Assembly: GCF_004010195.1 (NCBI RefSeq) | Contig: NC_057758.1 | Coordinates: 1,446,927 to 1,510,926, forward strand | DNA length: 64,000 nucleotides | Source: Chiloscyllium plagiosum | Taxonomy: Eukaryota | Direction of reading: 5' to 3' | Shown here: in pieces, positions 58,751-64,000 of the stretch | How positions within the stretch are numbered: the first letter of the stretch is position 1 | Layout of the letters: the number at the start of each line of letters is the position of its first letter | Made by a program: the position numbers and the translations under genes | Notes under the pieces: model-generated | Told to the model about the DNA's origin: nothing | The model's input: the letters and a program-made list of their open reading frames with translations, nothing else | Databases searched by the model: none

Positions 58751-61700
58751 TTTGGCATTTTTTTCTTACCTACCAGGTAATTCACTTTGCTCAGCAATCT
58801 GGTATTGGCCAATGAATTTCGGTTTCAGAAATAACCCGGGTCAAAATGTTGGAATTCCCTCCTTAAAGGCATTGTGGGTCATTGGTGGACTGCAGTGGTT
58901 CAAGAAGGCAGCTCACCACCACCTTCTCAATGGCAGCTTGGGACAGGCAATAAAATGCTGGCCAGCCAGTGACACCCACATCCCACAAATGAATAAAAAA
59001 AACAAAAATGTCATTGTTTCATAGAACAGTCTATTGAGTTAAAATGTGAAATGAAGCCCACTGCTTCATTTCCACTTGAGAATCTTTTAAACAATCTTGT
59101 GCTAAAGTCCAGGCTGCCATGAGCCCTCCGACGTGACATTCTCCCCAACAGACCTCTGATCTCATCTTCATGAATCAATTTACATTTCTATAGATTGCGC
59201 AGTGGTGAACTGTACTTGTGCACTTTCATCGCTGCACCCTGACGCAGCTGGCACTGCATGCTCTCCAATTCCAAATACCCTCCCTTCCCAGACTTCCACC
59301 CCCTCCCTTCCACTTCTCTCATCCACCCTTCCATGTAATCACCAACTGGATTCATTCCTCCCATCGACCAACCAGGTCGTACCCTCTACTTGTGTTAGCC
59401 CAGAGGACGTTGGGGAGGGTTTGTGTACAAAGTCAGTGTGGGTGGAAGCCAGAAACTAAATGGAGCAGTCACATTATTGGGAGTTTTTTACAGCACCCCC
59501 CGCCCAATAGCAACAGAGACAGGGATGAGCAGATTGTGAGGCAGATTTTGGAAAGGTGCAGAAGTAACGGTTGATATCATGGGTGACTTTAACTTCCCTA
59601 ATATTGATCGGAACCTCCTTAGTTCGAATAGTTTGGATGGAGCAGTTTTTTGGCAGATGTGTCCTGGAAGGGTTCCTAACTCAATATGGAGACAAGCCGA
59701 CTAGAGAGGAAGCCATATTGGAATTGGTACTTGGCAACGAACCAGGTCAGGTGTCAGATCTCTCAGTGGGAGAGCATTTCGGTGCTAGCGATCACAACTC
59801 CCTGACCTTTATGATACTCACCAACAGGGATAGGAACGGACGGTATGGGAAAGTATTTGATTGGGGGAGGGGGAATTACAATGCTATTTGGCAGGAACTC
59901 GGACACCTAAATTGGGAACAGATTTTCTCAGGGAAATGGACGACAGAAGTATGGAGGTTTAGAGGGCAATTGCTGATAGTGCTGGACAGGTTTGTTCCAC
60001 AGAGGCAAGGAAAGGATGAAAAGGTTGAAAGAACTTTGTGTGACAAGGGATGGGGAACATCTAGTCAAGAGGAAGAAGGAATCTTCCTTAAAGTTCAGGA
60101 GGGCAAGGATCATACAGGACCTGAGAGTTACTAGGTAGCCAGGAAGGAACTGAAGAATGGACTGAGGAGAGCTAGAAGGGGGCAAAAGAAAGCTTTAGTG
60201 GGTAGGATTAAGGAAAACCCTAAGGTGTTCTACACTTACGCGAGGAACAAGAACATGGCCAGAGAAAGGGTAGGACTGATCAGGGATAGTGGAGGGAACT
60301 TGTGCCTGGAGTCAAAGGAGGTAGGGAACCTCCTTAAAGAGTATTAAGTACTCATTATTAATTATTTATAATTAAATTAATAATAATATTAAATTAAGTT
60401 AAAAATAATAAATTAATTTAATTGATACATTATAATTCAATTATAAATTTATAACTTATAAATTATAATTCATAATTAATTATTAGTTAATTATAAATAT
60501 AAGTATAATTAGTATTCACTACTGAGGGAGACCTTGTTGTTTGAGAGGACAGTGTGATATGCTCGAACAGGTTGCTGTTAAGAAGGAGGATGTGCTGGAA
60601 ATTTTGAAAAACATACGGATGGGCCAGACGGGACATATTCTAGGTTACTACAAGAAGCGAGAGGAAGAGCATTTGCGCTTTTGGCTACGATCTTTGTGTC
60701 CCACACTGTACACTGCAGTAGTGCTAGGTGATTGGAGGGTCGCAAATGCTCTTTCCTTGTTCAAGAAATGGAATAGGGATAATGATGGGAGTTACAGATC
60801 AGTCAGTCTTACATCTGTGGTGGGCACATTATTGGAGAGGACTCTGACAGACAGGATTTATGATTACTTGGAAGACCATAGTTTGATTCGAGATAGTCAG
60901 CATGGCTTTGTGAGGGGCAGGTCATGTCTCAGAAACCTCATTGAATTCATTGAGGGTGTAGGTAGCGCAGTAGATGTGGTGATATGGATTTAACCAAGGT
61001 GTTTGATACGTTTCCCCATGGTAGGCTCATTCAGAAAGTAAGGATGCATGGAATACAGGGAAATCTGGCTGTCTGGATACAGAATTGGCTGGCCCATAGA
61101 AGAGAGACGGTGGTAGTAGATGGAAACTATTCAGCCTGGCGCTTGGTGACTAGTGGGAACTCTGCTCTTTGTGCTAGTTATAAATGACTTGGATGAGGAA
61201 CTGGAAGGGTGGGTTAGTAGGTTTACTGATGACACGAACGTTGGTTGAGTTATGGATAGTGTGGAGGGCTGTTGTAGGTTGCAACAGGACATTGACAGGA
61301 TGTAAAGCTAGGCTGGTAAGTGGCAGGTAGAATTCAACCTGTAAAAGTGTGAAATGATTCACTTTGGACGGTCGAATTTGAATGCAGAATATAGGGTTAA
61401 AGACAGGATTCTTGGCAGTGTGGAGGAACAGAGGGATCTTCAGGTCCATGTCCATAGATCCCTCAATGTCCCCACCCAAGTTGATAGAGTTGTTAAGAAG
61501 ATGTGCAGTGTGTTGCCTTTCATTGGTTTGCATTGAGTTTATGAGCCGTGAGGTTGTGCTACAGTTCTATAGAGCCCTGATTAGATCACACTTGGAACAT
61601 TGTGTTCAATTCTTGTCACCTAATTATAAGAAAGATGTAGAAGCGTTAGAGAGGTTGCAGAGATATACCAGGATGCTGCCTGGATTGGAGGGCATGTCTT

Positions 61701-61758
61701 CGGAAGAAAGGTTGAGAGAGCTAGGGCTTCTAGCACTGGAGCGAAGAAATATTATGAA

Positions 61759-62615
61759 GTTGAAGTTGTGTACTGTGCCTTTAGGACAGAGTGTGAATAC
61801 TGTTCTGAACTGAGAGATTATAAGAACCTGTGTATATGACTTGATGGCAGTCTCACAGTGTACTGGAAAATTGAAAATATGTAACATTTGGCTACGAAAA
61901 GGATACCTGAGGTTTGGTTACTATTTTGACAATAATTTGAACTTAACAAACAATCAGAGGTCTGTGTACATGGACACCAAGATCCCTCTGCTCATCCACA
62001 CTACCAAGTATCCGACCATTAGCCCAGTACCCCATCTTTGGTTACTATTTTGACAATAATTTGAACTTAACAAACAACATTTACATTATGCCCCAGGATA
62101 CCAAAACCCAATTGAGCTTGAATTTATTATTTTGCTAACATCAAACCAATGAGACGATCCTATATTGGGGATATAAAAATGCGAACGTTTTGAAAATTGG
62201 AGAGAGTGCAACTGGCATCAAGACTGACCCAAGAAATTAGAATCACTCTCTATCAAAGATACCTTTCCATATGAAACATAACAGCAGTAAAAAGGAAGAA
62301 GATAACCCACGGAGATCTCAACTGGAAGAAGAAAGACACAGAAGACATCAACGGCTGTGTGCGTTTGAAATTGATGTAATTTTAACAAGTGTCTTATTGG
62401 AACAGCATATGGTTATAGAACTGGAGGCAAGTAATAAGCAGTTAAGAGAAAGGGGGTTTAGAGTTGTGAATAATTGTCATTTATTGTTCACTTTTAAGAG
62501 TTAAACATAAATTGGCATTATTTTCTCTAAATAATGGAATTTGGGAGTTCTCTGTCACTCATTTTACCAGATTACGAGGCAAGGTGAGCTTTTCTTAGTG
62601 CTTGGCTTAATCAAT
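61759..62615 (+). mobile_element. Gypsy-type LTR, 3'-truncated
   Basis: TATTATGAAG...GTGTACTGTGCCTTTAG start like the other LTRs; GATATAAAAAT TATA at about 62170. Confidence 0.7.
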
Positions 62616-62654
62616 TGACTTGATAGAGGTGTACAAGATAATGAGAGTCATGAT

Positions 62655-62993
62655 TTGGAGGAGCCAGTGTTCAACTGGGGTGGACAAATTTAAAAATCAC
62701 ACAACACCAGGTTATAGTCCAACAAGTTTATCTGGAGACACTAGCTTTCAAAGCGCTACTTCTTCATCAGGCAGTTGTGAAGCAGGAGCATAAGACACAG
62801 AATTTATAACAAAAGCTTAAAGTGTCATGCGGCTGAAATATATTAAACAAACTAAAGATCTACACAGTAACCTTTTGCGATAAATTCTGTGTTTATGGTC
62901 CTTCTCCACAACTGCCTGAGGAAGAAGCAGCGCTTCAAAAGCTAGTGTGTCCAAATAAACCTTTTGGACCATTACTTGGTGTGGTGTGATTTT
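62655..62993. mobile_element. Palindromic Penelope-derived element
   Basis: AAAAATCACACAACACCAGG...CTTGGTGTGGTGTGATTTTT inverted arms with degenerate hammerhead motifs in both arms. Confidence 0.75.
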
Positions 62994-63419
62994 TAAAGAT
63001 GATGAGAGGCATAGATGGAGTGGATAGCCAGAGAATTTTTTCCAGGGCAGAAATGTCTATCACAAGGGGGCATAATTTTAAGGTGATTGGAGTAAGGTTT
63101 AGCGGAGGTGTCAGAGGTAGGTTCTTTACAGAGAGTGGTAGGTGATGCCAGTGATGGTAGTAGAATCAGATACATTAGGGACTTTTCACTAGGCACATGG
63201 ATTATAGTAAAATGGAGGTTATATAGGTTAGTTTGTCTTAGAGTAAGATAAAAGACTAGCACAACATCGAAGGTTGAAGTGCTGTACCAGATTCATTCCT
63301 CCCATCGACCAACCAGGTTGAACATTTTACCTGTGGTCACCTATTTACAACCCCTTTATCTGCAGCTTCACTTATACCCGCCCACAGTCCTGAAGAAGGG
63401 TACTCCCTGAAATTTTGAT

Positions 63420-64000
63420 GTCTCACTCTCCTGATGCTGTCTGGCTTGCTGTCCTCCTCCAGCCTCCTGCCTGTCTCACCCGCCTGAGGCTGCATGGCTC
63501 GCTGTGCTCTCCCTGCTCCTGCCTGTCTCGCTGTGCTCTCCAGGCTCCTGCCTATCTCATCCTGTTGCCTGTCTAACCTTCCTGGTGCTGTTTGGCTCGC
63601 TGTTCTCCTTGCCTCCTATCTGTCTCACCGTCCTGATACTGCCTGGCTGGCTCTGTTCTCCCTGCCTTCTGACTGTCTCACTCTCCTGATGCTGCCAGGC
63701 TCGCTATTTTCCTCCAGCCTCTTGTCTGTCTCACCCTCCTGATGCTGCCTGGCTCGCTGTATTCTCCCAGCCCCCTACTTGTCTCACCCTCCTGATGCTG
63801 CCCTGCTCGCTGTATTCTCCCTGCCCCCTACTTGTCTCACCCTCCTGATGCTGCCTGGCTCGTTGTGTTCCTCCAGCCTCCTGCCTGTCTCACCCTTTTG
63901 ATGCTGCTTAGCTCGCCATGTTCCCCCAGCTTCCTGTCTGTCTCACCGTCCTGATGCTGCCTGGCTTGCTGTGTTCTCCCTGCCTTTTGACTGTCTCACC
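63420..64000 (+). repeat. About 53-bp tandem repeat derived from a Penelope-like terminal sequence
   Basis: Units TGTCTCACCCTCCTGATGCTGCCTGGCTCGCTGT...CCAGCCTCCTGCC follow a degenerate hammerhead motif at about 63390. Confidence 0.85.

Larger units (their letters stand above)
59405..63285 (+). mobile_element. Long CR1 ORF2 (endonuclease, RT, 3' end) interrupted by AT-rich filler, an LTR and a Penelope-derived palindrome
   Basis: EHFGASDHNS, SQHGFVRGRSCLRNLIEF and HLEHCVQF motifs; CR1 resumes at about 62615 and 62995. Confidence 0.9.

Overview
Repeat-dense cartilaginous-fish (shark) genomic DNA, inferred from many HE1-type tRNA-derived SINEs and CR1/HER1-type LINEs. Most of the window is decayed, nested mobile DNA: CR1, L1, Penelope-like elements, solo LTRs and a Gmr1-like Gypsy remnant. 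Host-gene content: (1) an intact KRAB-less 8-finger C2H2 zinc-finger gene (+, CDS 41182-41856) with a probable CpG promoter and first exon near 35.0-35.27 kb; (2) two in-frame exons (47905-48017, 55545-55709, +) encoding the C-terminal SUMO-like domain of an NFATC2IP/NIP45-like protein, possibly a stand-alone 88-aa protein, although a 500-N scaffold gap lies 570 bp upstream; (3) a hand-reconstructed, phase-compatible minus-strand model (4292 to <1) of signal-like peptide, pro-region, beta-defensin-like Cys motif and Pro/Ala/Thr tail, split by a CR1 insertion, which is speculative. Penelope-derived palindromic elements carry minimal hammerhead ribozyme motifs, one essentially intact (50000-50035, -). 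Repeat boundaries are approximate unless a target-site duplication (TSD) is quoted. All family assignments come from motif recognition, not database searches.
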